DNA of 63,043 nucleotides, the filler included, from Octopus bimaculoides (Eukaryota): the NCBI RefSeq assembly GCF_001194135.2. It is 7 parts of 7 records of this genome, joined end to end, with 100 filler letters (N's around TTAATTAATTAA, not from the genome) between each part and the next. Parts side by side here need not be neighbours in the genome. Positions count along the whole stretch, not along the records: positions 50,760 to 54,171 come from NC_068990.1; positions 54,272 to 63,043 come from NW_026429650.1; 5 more parts are not named here. One strand, given 5' to 3'. The translations under genes and the position numbers were made by a program. Positions 50,893 to 63,043 of this stretch are shown in pieces. Each line of letters opens with the position of its first letter. Position 1 is the stretch's first letter. The notes under the pieces were generated by a model. It did not search any database, was not told the DNA's origin, and saw only the letters and a list, made by a program, of their open reading frames with translations.

Positions 50893-53454
50893 CATATATA
50901 TACTTATATACGACGCGCTTCTTTCAGTTTCTGTCTGAACCCGGAACCATGTGGTTGGTAAGCAAGCTACTTACTATACAGTCACTTCTGTGCGTATAAA
51001 TTTAGTTTAAAATGTTGGCACAAGGCTAGCAATTTCGGAGTAAGTCGATTACATTGAACCCAATGCCCAAATGGTTCTTATCTTATCGACCTTGAAAGAA
51101 TGAAAAAAAATTGAATTCGGTGGAATTTGAACTCAGAAAGTAATATCGGATTAAATGCCACTAAGTATTTTTCCTGTGGGCAAAAGATTCCGCCAGTTCA
51201 CCTCACTTACGTGGGTGTAATGCTGACATCTTTACTAAATGTGCCATGTGTGTATACTGTTATGAGTTGAGGAATAGAAGAGGGGTGTTTATTTCATCAT
51301 TCAGGAATAACCGTTTCGCTGATTTGTAGATGTAACCTTTGGTTTTTAAAATGCGTAAGTAGTATTTCAAATTCCTCGTTATATAACTCAGCAACTCTCT
51401 GGTTTCATTTCCAGCATGTTTTTCAAAGTTTTTTTTCTCAACAAAACCGAGTAGCGGTAGCTGCATCGTATATTATACAACGTCATTTATGTTTGCAAAT
51501 GGCTGGCAAGAATCGATTGCTTAAGAATGTCTTTTAACATTTGTGGCGTGAGGAAGTATATATTACCTAACTATTTTCATTGCAATCATATAGAGATTTC
51601 AATGTTTCTATTAAATTATTTATAAAATATAATTTAGGAATCGTTTTAAAACATTACTCCTTTGGGTATAACATCTCCGTTTAGATGTACGAATTCAACC
51701 GTTTTTATTGAATTTTATTGCAGTCATTTTTCATAGTAATTTCTCAACACTTTGTAAAGTACAAACACAAATATAAAAATAAAAACAATTTTTTTTTTTA
51801 AAAAAAAAACAGAAATGGAAACAGAAAAGAAAAAAAAATAGAAACAAAAACCATAATTCGAGTATAAAACAAAACGAAAACAATATTTAAATGAATTATT
51901 TGGTTTAAATTATTTTAAGGTAGATGAGAGCAGTGAAATCTTTCTTAATCATGGTAATATCCATTGGAGGCGGGGTAGGCATAATATATGATTTGATTTA
52001 TTATGGTTGTCCTATCTTCGGATAGAAAGATGAGATTTGAATGCAAGGTAAACGAAATGTATTTAGATATCGAAAGAAATCGTAATTCAAAAAAATAGAT
52101 TAATGATATCACGCCTCTCATCTCCTGAGACTTGTCTTGCTCTGGCTATTTGCCAATATTTAAAACCACCTTTTATATTTGTGTAGTNNNNNNNNNNNNN
52201 NNNNNNNNNNNNNNNNNNNNNNNNNNNNNNNNNNNNNNNNNNNNNNNNNNNNNNNNNNNNNNNNNNNNNNNNNNNNNNNNNNNNNNNNNNNNNNNNNNNN
52301 NNNNNNNNNNNNNNNNNNNNNNNNNNNNNNNNNNNNNNNNNATATATATATATATATATATAAAATATCAAGGACGCAAGTACTCAACCTTCTCAAGAAC
52401 CTCAACAGTATCAATTTCATTCGCGTCCGATGGTCTACGAATACAATGTTGACAACTCATTCATTTATTTAAAATGGGACGTAAGAAAGAAATTCTTCCT
52501 TTCTCAGGCAGATGTAAATCAACCTTATATCATGTTCCTCTGTCACTCTTCCTAACATTTTCATTCCAGCTTTCTGGGCAGAATTTGTAGGCAAGTGAGA
52601 TACTGTTTCGAATCTATGTTCTGACAATTTTCCAGTCTTTTGCGGCTTCTTATATCTCCATTCAAATACATAGTGAATATAATCTTACTGATAGATTAGC
52701 ACTAAAGAAGCAGTGTGTCTGTGGTTGGATGACATGTTCAGTATACACACGAAACGTTTAATTGCCGTTGAACAGACGTAACCAGGTCACTGTGCTACTT
52801 TTTCACTGAATCTGGTTTTTGCTCGCACCCCAACTTAACAAAGTTTATGTTTTCCTCTATTTGTCAGATCTTATATAAGATTTCCTAACGAGAGTTCATC
52901 AGCTTGGTAGAGCTTGTACTCCTTGTACTAAACAGAAATAACACCATTTAAGTTGGAGAGAACTTATAAAACATTAAAAAGATAGTCTGTGTTGTACATA
53001 TATATGTAAAATAAACAATAAATTTTCAAGTATCGAATTCTTACAAAAACGGGAGGAAAGGGAATCGTTTTCTCATGTATCGCTTGCGAGATTTTTTTTT
53101 TTTTTTTTTTTTACTAAACGTTTTAAAAAGATAAGCGTTAGAATGATAATCGTTTTCTTCATAAGTTTCATATAACATTTGAAAACTATCTTCAGGCAGC
53201 AAGTTCAGCATGTTGGAATAATCAGCGGAATGATGGTAGACGTATAACTCAGAGAACAGGAATTAGGGACCTATCAGTTATGATATATTAAACAATACTC
53301 TACATTAATGCAGCTTTCAGAAATATAAGTACAGCTAATGTTTAATGTCTGAGGAAAAAATTATTTTTCCTCACACAACGTCTCTATCTCTTCTATTACA
53401 TCACGCATACACATAAACACACACACTCACACACGCGCGCGCACGCACACATAG

Positions 53455-53519
<65 letters not shown>

Positions 53520-54271
53520 TGTATATATATTTATATAAGTGTGTTTGAGTGTGCATATTTATGTGCACATATATGTAATTATATATATATATACGTGCGT
53601 ATATACTTATGTATGTAAACATCAATTTATGTTTGTATAAGGCAGTTTCAGACACAGAGGATAAGAATAGAGAGGTTTTATAGAAATGCCAAATGAAGCA
53701 AGAGGGATTATATAAACAATTTTGTTTTGTTATATTTGGAGGCAATTCTCATTTGAATGTTTCACTGATTTGGTGCGATCAGCGATCTGTTTAGAAATTG
53801 CTATGTAGTTCTTTGAAAAGTTATTCCCCAATGAAAACAACAAATATTTACAAGCGTCTCACTGCAAGCAAAATTTAAATGATAGGATTATATTGTCGAA
53901 AACTTTGAAAATTTCACCATTCCACCCCTTACAAAGTGCCACTAGATTCCACACAAACAATAACACAGATATGTGACTCATCAGATACAGTTTCGTCTAT
54001 AAAAACATACATTCAAATATATCTAGCTAACTCTCGATATTCATGTGTGTGCGTGTGTGCATTAGTGTGTATTAGTGGGGATATAAGTGAATGCAAATAT
54101 ATATTTTTGTATATTCATATATATATACATGTATACACACACACACGCACACACGCATATATATATATATANNNNNNNNNNNNNNNNNNNNNNNNNNNNN
54201 NNNNNNNNNNNNNNNTTAATTAATTAANNNNNNNNNNNNNNNNNNNNNNNNNNNNNNNNNNNNNNNNNNNN

Positions 54272-54470
54272 CGCTTGTCAAGCGATGTTGGGGGGACAGA
54301 CACAGACACACTAACACACACGCACACACCCACACACACACACACATACACAGGCATACATATATACGACAGGCTTCTTTCAGTTTCCGTCTACCAAATC
54401 CACTCACAAGGCTTTGGTCAGCCCGAGGCTATAGCAGACGACACTTGCCCAAGCTACTTACCACTCAGCC
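54272..54470 (-). mobile_element. SINE family 1 fragment (further fragments at 54690-54800, 55225-55530, 55770-55860, 56304-56400)
   Basis: Family 1 shared blocks. Confidence 0.75.
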
Positions 54471-56419
54471 ATTCCTACGCCTTTTACCAAACTTTCTAAT
54501 TCTTATTTCGTTTTTCTTTTGTTTTTGTTTTTTGTTTTTGCATTTCCATTTGTCCACCTCTCCGGCCGACTGCGTACATCCGCACTCCCACCCGCGTACG
54601 TCCGCACTCCCGGCTGCGTACATCTGTACTCCCGACCACGGACAAGGACAGATGTAAAGCGACGGCCTTCATTCTTTCAATCGTTGTCTCTTTTTACTCT
54701 TTTACTTGTTTCGGTCATTTTGACTGCGGCCGTGCTTGACCACCGCAAATCGGCCCCAGGACTTATTCTTTGGAAGCCCAGTACTTATTCTATCGGTCTC
54801 ATTGAAAAAATATAAATATTTCGTAGGGGGTTAGTAGCCATTTGTGACTCCAGAGGTCGAAAGGGAGCGTTTGGCCAAAATTGGAGGAGAACCTTCGGTC
54901 GAAAGCATTGTGCACGTGATCAGATCAGTACGCAGACGAACTATTGCCATAGCAACGAGGCTAAGGCACACGGATTGACTTGGAAGTAAGTTTTACTGCT
55001 CCGGCTTAAATTCGCTGTTTCCAACAATCCTTGGAAGGAAGGAAGGAAGGAAGGTATGTAGCGTGTGTGTGTATGTGCGTGTGTGCGTGCGTGTGTGTGT
55101 GTACGCGCGTGTGTGTGTATGTGCGTGTGGGGAATGATTGTTATATTTCGGAATGGACTTTTTGGGGGTTTTTTGTGGAGATACGCCCCCTCCCATATAT
55201 ATAACGATATCTCTTTCAACATACTCTTTTACTCTTTTACTTGTTTCAGTCATTTGACTGTGGCCATGCTGGAGCACCAACTGAAACTAGTAAAAGAATA
55301 TATACATATATATATATACTTGGAAAAGGATTACTCTTCTACATGTTTGAGTCATTTGGCTGCGGCCATGCTTGAGCACCATCTTTTAGTCAAATAAATC
55401 GACCTCAGGACTTGTTCTTTGGAAGCCTAGTACTTATTCTATCGGTTACTTTTGCCGAACCGCTAAGTTACGGGGACGTAAACACACCAGCATCGGTTGT
55501 CAAGCGATGTTGGGGGAACAAACACAGACACACAAGCATATACACATACATACATACATATATATATATACACATATATATGTGTATGTATATATATATA
55601 TATATATGCTAGAAATGGCAATGAAATCTCCCTCAAATCATAGCCTTCTGGCTCATAAATATATGTATTTATGAGCCAGTGGAAGAGGCCTCCTCGTAGA
55701 AGATAGAACTGCTTGAAATAGCAGCTAAATATCCTTCAAATCACACACTACTGCGTTATGTGCGCACATGGTAGGTTACGGGGACGTAAACACATCAACA
55801 TCGGTTTTCAAACGCAGACACACAAACATATACATATACATACATATATATACATATATATACANNNNNNNNNNNNNNNNNNNNNNNNNNNNNNNNNNNN
55901 NNNNNNNNNNNNNNNNNNNNNNNNNNNNNNNNNNNNNNNNNNNNNNNNNNNNNNNNNNNNNNNNNNNNNNNNNNNNNNNNNNNNNNNNNNNNNNNNNNNN
56001 NNNNNNNNNNNNNNNNNNNNNNNNNNNNNNNNNNNNNNNNNNNNNNNNNNNNNNNNNNNNNNNNNNNNNNNNNNNNNNNNNNNNNNNNNNNNNNNNNNNN
56101 NNNNNNNNNNNNNNNNNNNNNNNNNNNNNNNNNNNNNNNNNNNNNNNNNNNNNNNNNNNNNNNNNNNNNNNNNNNNNNNNNNNNNNNNNNNNNNNNNNNN
56201 NNNNNNNNNNNNNNNNNNNNNNNNNNNNNNNNNNNNNNNNNNNNNNNNNNNNNNNNNNNNNNNNNNNNNNNNNNNNNNNNNNNNNNNNNNNNNNNNNNNN
56301 NNNAGGTTACGGGGATGTAAACTCACCACCATCGGTTGTCAGGCCATGTTAGGGGACAAACACAGACACACAAACATATACACACGGATACATACACACA
56401 CACCGCCATGATAGATCGC

Positions 56420-56610
56420 TGACCACTACATTTATATATTTTTTCTCCTTGTTTCTCTCCTTGTTTCTTTCTGTGTTCCTTTCTGTTGAAGAGCGTTGGC
56501 TTGAAACGTCAAAGACTTTCTCTATTCCCGAGCGTTAAACTAATACATCCATTTGTTGTTTACACCACCTGTCTTCGTCTGTTGTTTTTTTTTTCGTAAA
56601 TCCTCTCACA
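56420..56610 (+). mobile_element. Probable Penelope-like terminal-repeat remnant (related piece at 30870-31013)
   Basis: TTGAAGAGCGTTGGCTTGAAACGT motif. TACACCACCTGTCTTCGTCTGTT is shared with about 30990-31013. Assignment is by recollection of PLE termini. Confidence 0.4.
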
Positions 56611-57028
56611 AATCTAGGAAAAAACAATATCACCAGAAAATAAAACTAAAAAAATAAACAGCAAAAAATAAAATGCACCGTCTCAAAATGGCGCCGTTCT
56701 CACACTGAGCAATGATATTTGCATGGAAACTTGTTACATAACCGAATGGTGTGTTAATTATGTAATGGCATACTGTAATGACGGCCCAATAGTAAATGGG
56801 TGATAGCCGTTAGGTAACAGTGCCGAGATTGTTGGAGAGGGGGTTTTTTGGGGTTTTTTTTAATTATATAATTTTTGTAGTTTTCTTTTTTTTTCTTTTT
56901 TTTTTAATTAACTCTGTTAAATCACAATAGGAAATCGGTGTGTAAAGGATGTGATGTGTGATGTCGGTTTTGTGTCTGTCTGTTGTGTGTGTGTATGTGT
57001 TTGAGTGTGTGTATGTGTGCATGTGTGT

Positions 57029-57059
<31 letters not shown>

Positions 57060-57808
57060 CGTGGGTATGTATACATACATACGTATATGTATATATTTAT
57101 GCAATGTGTATATGTTTATATATATATATATATATATATATACATACACATATATCTATATACACACCCATATATATATATATATATATGNNNNNNNNNN
57201 NNNNNNNNNNNNNNNNNNNNNNNNNNNNNNNNNNNNNNNNNNNNNNNNNNNNNNNNNNNNNNNNNNNNNNNNNNNNNNNNNNNNNNNNNNNNNNNNNNNN
57301 NNNNNNNNNNNNNNNNNNNNNNNNNNNNNNNNNNNNNNNNNNNNNNNNNNNNNNNNNNNNNNNNNNNNNNNNNNNNNNNNNNNNNNNNNNNNNNNNNNNN
57401 NNNNNNNNNNNNNNNNNNNNNNNNNNNNNNNNNNNNNNNNNNNNNNNNNNNNNNNNNNNNNNNNNNNNNNNNNNNNNNNNNNNNNNNNNNNNNNNNNNNN
57501 NNNNNNNNNNNNNNNNNNNNNNNNNNNNNNNNNNNNNNNNNNNNNNNNNNNNNNNNNNNNNNNNNNNNNNNNNNNNNNNNNNNNNNNNNNNNNNNNNNNN
57601 NNNNNNNNNNNNNNNNNNNNNNNNNNNNNNNNNNNNNNNNNNNNNNNNNNNNNNNNNNNNNNNNNNNNNNNNNNNNNNNNNNNNNNNNNNNNNNNNNNNN
57701 NNNNNNNATAATTATATGCATATATCCATACATATATGTACATACCTACATCTATATGTATACATACATGCATATATGGGTACAGGACATCACAAAAAAA
57801 ACGTTAAG

Positions 57809-57841
<33 letters not shown>

Positions 57842-58226
57842 GAAACATGCATACACTCATACAAACTTACAAACAAACTCCCACCACCCACACACATATC
57901 CACACATCTAATCACCAAACGAGGACTGTGACCTGGGAGAGGAAACAGTGATTTATACATTATTTAATGTGTCAGCTGTGATGTCAGGCTGGCCTGGGAA
58001 ACATTTCAACTGATGGACTAGTTGTGGTGGGACAGGACGGAGAGGTAGGAGGGTTACGGTAGATAGATAGATAGATAGATAGATAGGTAGGTAGGTAGGT
58101 AGGTGGGTAGGTAGGTAGGTAGACAAGCAGGCAGACAAAACGACAAACAGACAGACACATAGACAGTTAGGTGAATAAATTAATAGATTAATTGATAGAG
58201 ACACAGATAGATAGCTAAAACTACAG

Positions 58227-58284
<58 letters not shown>

Positions 58285-58489
58285 CGGGTACAATATTCAT
58301 ACGAAGATAGCAAGCTAAAAAACTAGAAATACAGGGGGAAAAAATAGAAACAGATAAAATATTTCTAAAAATTATAGAAAAAACAAACAAACACAAACAA
58401 CGAAAAACGAACTGGAACGTGACAGACGACAAACAGACAGACAGGCTGCGACAGAGTGAGGGAGAGAGGGTTAAAGAAAAGAGATAAAA

Positions 58490-58757
58490 GAATGCGGAGT
58501 GCTTGTTGCGTGTGACTGTGCATGAGCGGAGGCGTTGGCGGAGCGAGGCACAGTAGGCGCTTACTATTATATTCGACTAGCAAAACGGGGGGAAAGATAA
58601 CACACACACACACATACACATTTATTTATTTATAGGGGGCGTTGCTAGCGACCTGGTTTAGATTCTCTTGTAAATTGTCTCCCAGTTCAGTATATTACTC
58701 AGTTATCTCCCCGCTGTTTCCTTTTTTCTTCTGTATTCTCTGGAAGAATTTTTCGCG
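58490..58757 (+). promoter_or_regulatory. CpG-retaining candidate promoter/5' UTR of the SOUL gene
   Basis: Locally GC/CpG-rich, with RFX-like GTTGCTAGCGAC at 58641-58652, directly upstream of the candidate ATG. Confidence 0.45.
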
Positions 58758-58781
58758 ATGGCTGCGGAGGACACAGGCCAG
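58758..58781 (+). CDS. HEBP2: SOUL/HEBP2-like haem-binding protein, candidate coding exon 1 (MAAEDTGQ)
   Basis: ATG in context GCGATGG within a CpG-rich region. Ends CAG|GTCGGT in phase 0, compatible with the phase-0 acceptor at 60963. Confidence 0.55.
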
Positions 58782-59571
58782 GTCGGTACCACAGCTTCGT
58801 TCTGCTTGCTGTTGATGTTCTGCTTGTTGTTGTTGTTGTTGCTGTTGCTGTTGTTGTTGTTGTTCGTATTTGTTCTAAACCATTGTTGTCGTCATTGTCA
58901 ATGTTGTTCCATTTACCGATATTCTTCTTCTTCTTCTTCTTCTTCAGCCGTGACCAGCCCATCTACCCTTCTTTTTTAGCCGTGTACGGTGGGTGCGCAG
59001 CATGGGTGAAACACATTAAAAGAATGCGTGTGCGTTTGTGTGTGAGTGTGTGTGTATTGCGCGCGCGCGCAGGAAGGGCCAAAAGTCACGCACCAAAACA
59101 TTCAGCATTTTATAATTGCATTATTCATTATACGTTTCGGAGAGAAGGAATTAGAGTGGGCACTTACTGCTAGGGTTTCGGGGAAATCCTTGACAGTGCG
59201 GTTCCTCGATTATCCCTAGAGGCGTTCCTGTATCGAGAGGGCCACATCTCTATCATCTCATCCTCCCCATCTTTTTTTTTTTTTTACATTTGTATGCCAT
59301 TCATATGTCCCAATGTATTCTGTGTATACGTTTTTTTTTATCATTTCATTATTATATGTACCCCCCCCCCCACACACACACACATACACTTTCTGTCTGT
59401 CTCTGTGTTGTTTCCTCCTCCTTCACCCTTGTGAGAAATAAATGAAATCATTATTTTCAAATTACAATGAACGTAAACAAACAAACAAAGTTTGCCTTTA
59501 GAAGCGTTGAGATGTCTTAGAAAGTTAAAGAAGTGATTTTAAATTCTCAATCGTGGCAAACTATGTGAATA

Positions 59572-59718
59572 AAAGTAGCTTGCTTACCAACCACATGGTT
59601 CCGAGTTCAGTCCTATTGCGTGGCACCTTGGGCAAGTGTCTTCTGCTATAGCCTCGGGCCCACCAAAGCCTTGAGAGTGGATTTGGTAGACGGAAACTGA
59701 AAGAGGCCCGTCGTATAT
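59572..59718 (-). mobile_element. SINE family 1 head in SOUL-gene intron (another at 61100-61252)
   Basis: Reverse complement of the family 1 head. Confidence 0.8.
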
Positions 59719-60026
59719 GCAGGGGTTGGTCAAAATAATGGAAACACCTTGAAATTTCAAACAAATTTATTTTAATAAGGGCTGGGACCGCCTTTGGCAA
59801 TAATTACAGCTTCCGATTTCGCAGGGGGAATCCACTATTTCTTTGCTCGTAGTTGGACAAACACACAGAAAGTTACACGCACACTTACACAGCCAGCTAG
59901 CCAGCCAACCAGACAGACAGACAGACAGATAGATAGATAGATAGATAAACATAATTAAGGGATCAGCAACAGTTGCTTCACCACATTAATAAATTAATAT
60001 TCCTTTACCCTTTTATTTGTAATAAT

Positions 60027-60086
<60 letters not shown>

Positions 60087-60319
60087 TAAAATCAATAGTT
60101 TTCCAAGCGTGACCATCACATCTTTTCTTCTAAGACATCGTTATTTAAAATATGGTAGAAATTAAAAGCTGCAGCACATTGAAAGTTTACCTCCCTTAGA
60201 TGAGAGTTATTTCCCTTGGTCCGCAAATTCGAAGAATAACCTATTAATCTTAAATATATTGTCCGAGTCTAATGATGATGATAATGATGAAGATAATAAT
60301 GATAATAATAATAATAATG

Positions 60320-60371
<52 letters not shown>

Positions 60372-60376
60372 TAATA

Positions 60377-60563
60377 CCAGGACTTACAAATATATGTAAC
60401 ATACAGAAAATTGCACTACTGGGTACTGCACACATTCTACGCAAAACACTTTCAATACAGTAAACATAAAAGCACCACAGCAAACCACAGCACATACCCA
60501 AGGCACACAGAGCTGCGCTCGGTAGTGAAGTGAAAGCACGTTATAAAAATAAAACTACTGAAC

Positions 60564-60603
<40 letters not shown>
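60377..60603 (+). mobile_element. 5'-truncated R4/Dong-like copy embedded in (TAA)n
   Basis: Encodes PGLTNICNIQKIALLGTAHILRKTLSIQ*, plus the 3' UTR shared with 34827-34998. AAT arrays on both sides. Confidence 0.8.
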
Positions 60604-60605
<2 letters not shown>

Positions 60606-60962
60606 GGTTTCAAAGTTTGGCAGCAATTTTGGAGCAGTGTATAAAAATCAATTAGATTGACCCCCACCACCAGTGTTCAACAGTTAATTATTTTATTAAC
60701 CCCTGAAAGGCAGAATCGATCTCGGTGGAATTCGAACTCAGAACGTAGAGACGGACGAAATGCCGCTAAGCATATTTTACCCGGCACGCCAAACGAATCT
60801 GCCAGTTCACTTGCCTGAGCAGTATTTGAATCCATCATCATCATCACAGCCCACGTCTGCGCCGATCCAAAAAGAAAATGAAAATAAATCTTAATTCTAA
60901 ATGTCAAATATTATTTCAAAGGATCATATTTATAATTCTTCATCTTTTCTTTCTTTTGACAG

Positions 60963-61034
60963 GGACCTTACAAATCCCCGGATTTTTGTCAGGGTTATGG
61001 TAACCCCAAATTCAAGGTTCTCTCCAAGACTGAT
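60963..61034 (+). CDS. HEBP2: SOUL/HEBP2-like haem-binding protein, coding exon 2 (GPYKSPDFCQGYGNPKFKVLSKTD)
   Basis: Polypyrimidine acceptor TTCTTTTGACAG|, donor GAT|GTAAGT, 72 nt, phase 0/0. FC-x-G-x2-[C/N]PKF-x-V resembles the SOUL N-terminal segment. Confidence 0.85.
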
Positions 61035-62580
61035 GTAAGTATAATGACGAGAGATACAAACTAGCACCTCACCCCCACATTGCACTCCCTTCGCACCTAT
61101 ATACTTCTTTCAGTTTCCGTCTACCAAATCCACTCACAAGGCTTTGGTCGGCCTGAGGCTATAGTAGAAGACACTTGCCCAAGATGCCATGCAGTGGGAC
61201 TGAACCCAGAACCATGGGGTTGGGAAGAAAGCCTCCTATCATACAGCCACGCCAATACACACACATATATGCATATATATATATATATATATACACACAC
61301 ATATATATATATATATACATACATGCACACACATATATATATATGCACACACATACACACACGTACATGTATACATACACACACAGACACACACACATAC
61401 ATACACACATACAATCATACATACATACAAACCTCCACCACCACGACCTCGACCATCGCAACCTCCTCCACCACCACAACCTCCACCATCACGAATTCCA
61501 CCTCCACGACCTCCATCACGATGCCCTCCACCACCACAACCACCACCTCTACAACCACCTCCACTACAATCGCAACCAGAACCATCACCACCACCACCAC
61601 CAACAGCAACAACAACAGCACTGTTGCCGCTACCACCTCCAACACAACTACCACCACAACCACTNNNNNNNNNNNNNNNNNNNNNNNNNNNNNNNNNNNN
61701 NNNNNNNNNNNNNNNNNNNNNNNNNNNNNNNNNNNNNNNNNNNNNNNNNNNNNNNNNNNNNNNNNNNNNNNNNNNNNNNNNNNNNNNNNNNNNNNNNNNN
61801 NNNNNNNNNNNNNNNNNNNNNNNNNNNNNNNNNNNNNNNNNNNNNNNNNNNNNNNNNNNNNNNNNNNNNNNNNNNNNNNNNNNNNNNNNNNNNNNNNNNN
61901 NNNNNNNNNNNNNNNNNNNNNNNNNNNNNNNNNNNNNNNNNNNNNNNNNNNNNNNNNNNNNNNNNNNNNNNNNNNNNNNNNNNNNNNNNNNNNNNNNNNN
62001 NNNNNNNNNNNNNNNNNNNNNNNNNNNNNNNNNNNNNNNNNNNNNNNNNNNNNNNNNNNNNNNNNNNNNNNNNNNNNNNNNNNNNNNNNNNNNNNNNNNN
62101 NNNNNNNNNNNNNNNNNNNNNNNNNNNNNNNNNNNNNNNNNNNNNNNNNNNNNNNNNNNNNNNNNNNNNNNNNNNNNNNNNNNNNNNNNNNNNNNNNNNN
62201 NNNNNNNNNNNNNNNNNNNNNNNNNNNNNNNNNNNNNNNNNNNNNNNNNNNNNNNNNNNNNNNNNNNNNNNNNNNNNNNNNNNNNNNNNNNNNNNNNNNN
62301 NNNNNNNNNNNNNNNNNNNNNNNNNNNNNNNNNNNNNNNNNNNNNNNNNNNNNNNNNNNNNNNNNNNNNNNNNNNNNNNNNNNNNNNNNNNNNNNNNNNN
62401 NNNNNNNNNNNNNNNNNNNNNNNNNNNNNNNNNNNNNNNNNNNNNNNNNNNNNNNNNNNNNNNNNNNNNNNNNNNNNNNNNNNNNNNNNNNNNNNNNNNN
62501 NNNNNNNNNNNNNNNNNNNNNNNNNNNNNNNNNNNNNNNNNNNNNNNNNNNNNNNNNNNNNNNNNNNNNNNNNNNNNNCA

Positions 62581-62660
62581 CCACTGCACACCACCACCAC
62601 TGCACACCACCACCACTGCACACCACCACCACTGCACACCACCACCACTGCACACCACCA
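62581..62660. repeat. 16-bp minisatellite (CCACTGCACACCACCA)x5 or more
   Basis: Five exact units visible after the gap, in the SOUL-gene intron. Confidence 0.9.
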
Positions 62661-62765
62661 CCACTACCATCGCCTTCACAAATATCACAATCATTGACAA
62701 CAACAACACCAACACTGATATGTCCACTAACAGTAGATATGACCATCACTACTTAATTATTGCAG

Positions 62766-62895
62766 GATTACGAACTGAGAGAGTATGAAACAACGAGATG
62801 GGTAGCCATTAAGAAAGAGATGCCGCAAATCACCCATTCCAACAGCAGCATGTTCTTCAGCCTGTTCAAGTACATCCGAGGAAAGAACTCTGAGA
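62766..62895 (+). CDS. HEBP2: SOUL/HEBP2-like haem-binding protein, coding exon 3 (DYELREYETTRWV...MFFSLFKYIRGKNSE)
   Basis: Acceptor TTATTGCAG|, donor GAGA|GTAAGT (phase 1). YE-x-R-x-Y...W-V and F-x2-LF-x-YI-x-G-x-N are hallmark SOUL motifs. The gene continues beyond the window. Confidence 0.9.
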
Positions 62896-63043
62896 GTAAG
62901 TACATATTGAAGTACGTGTTCCTTGTCCTTAACGCTGATGCGAACTCTAATTGTAAACTTGTCCCAGAATGAGATGAATGGATGTGGATGCTCGGATGCT
63001 GGCGATTTGGCATCATTCTCATCATCATCATCATCAAAAAAAA

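Noticed and set aside
58782-58979. Poly-Leu membrane-anchor-like read-through of SOUL exon 1
   Set aside because: Produced by a (TTG)n microsatellite and ends in a stop with no suitable donor; only cDNA could rescue it.
61430-61664. Thr/Ser-rich mucin-like reading frame (558-aa ORF)
   Set aside because: Degenerate (ACC)n tract continuous with a SINE and a gap; lies inside the SOUL intron.
26-63037. Most ORFs in the track (YIYI, HTHT, CVCV, poly-V/K/I/L and X-runs)
   Set aside because: Translations of microsatellites or N gaps; no splice or homology support.
1-63043. CRISPR arrays, rRNA, operons or other prokaryotic systems
   Set aside because: None seen; the sequence is eukaryotic with spliceosomal introns.

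Overview
AT-rich, microsatellite- and SINE-saturated animal genomic DNA with many N gaps. The repeat families suggest an octopus genome (inference). Two protein-coding genes are supportable. (1) A minus-strand gene whose terminal exon (13158 to at least 16222, open into an unsized gap) encodes 1020 aa or more built from four tandem beta-propeller-like modules. A candidate signal-peptide exon lies at 19406-19469, and a duplicated copy of the last 31 codons lies 396 bp downstream. (2) The first three coding exons of a plus-strand SOUL/HEBP2-like haem-binding gene (58758-58781, 60963-61034, 62766-62895), none of which the ORF track calls as a gene. The 21-35 kb interval is CpG-poor and holds decayed elements: RTE-X, hAT, mariner, maT/DD37D, RTE and a near-full-length R4/Dong-clade RLE retrotransposon. 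Three recurrent SINE families, a hAT MITE with TSD and several candidate cis-regulatory motif clusters are also present. Nearly all other listed ORFs are microsatellite or N-run artefacts. No database searches were run; family assignments rest on recalled motifs.
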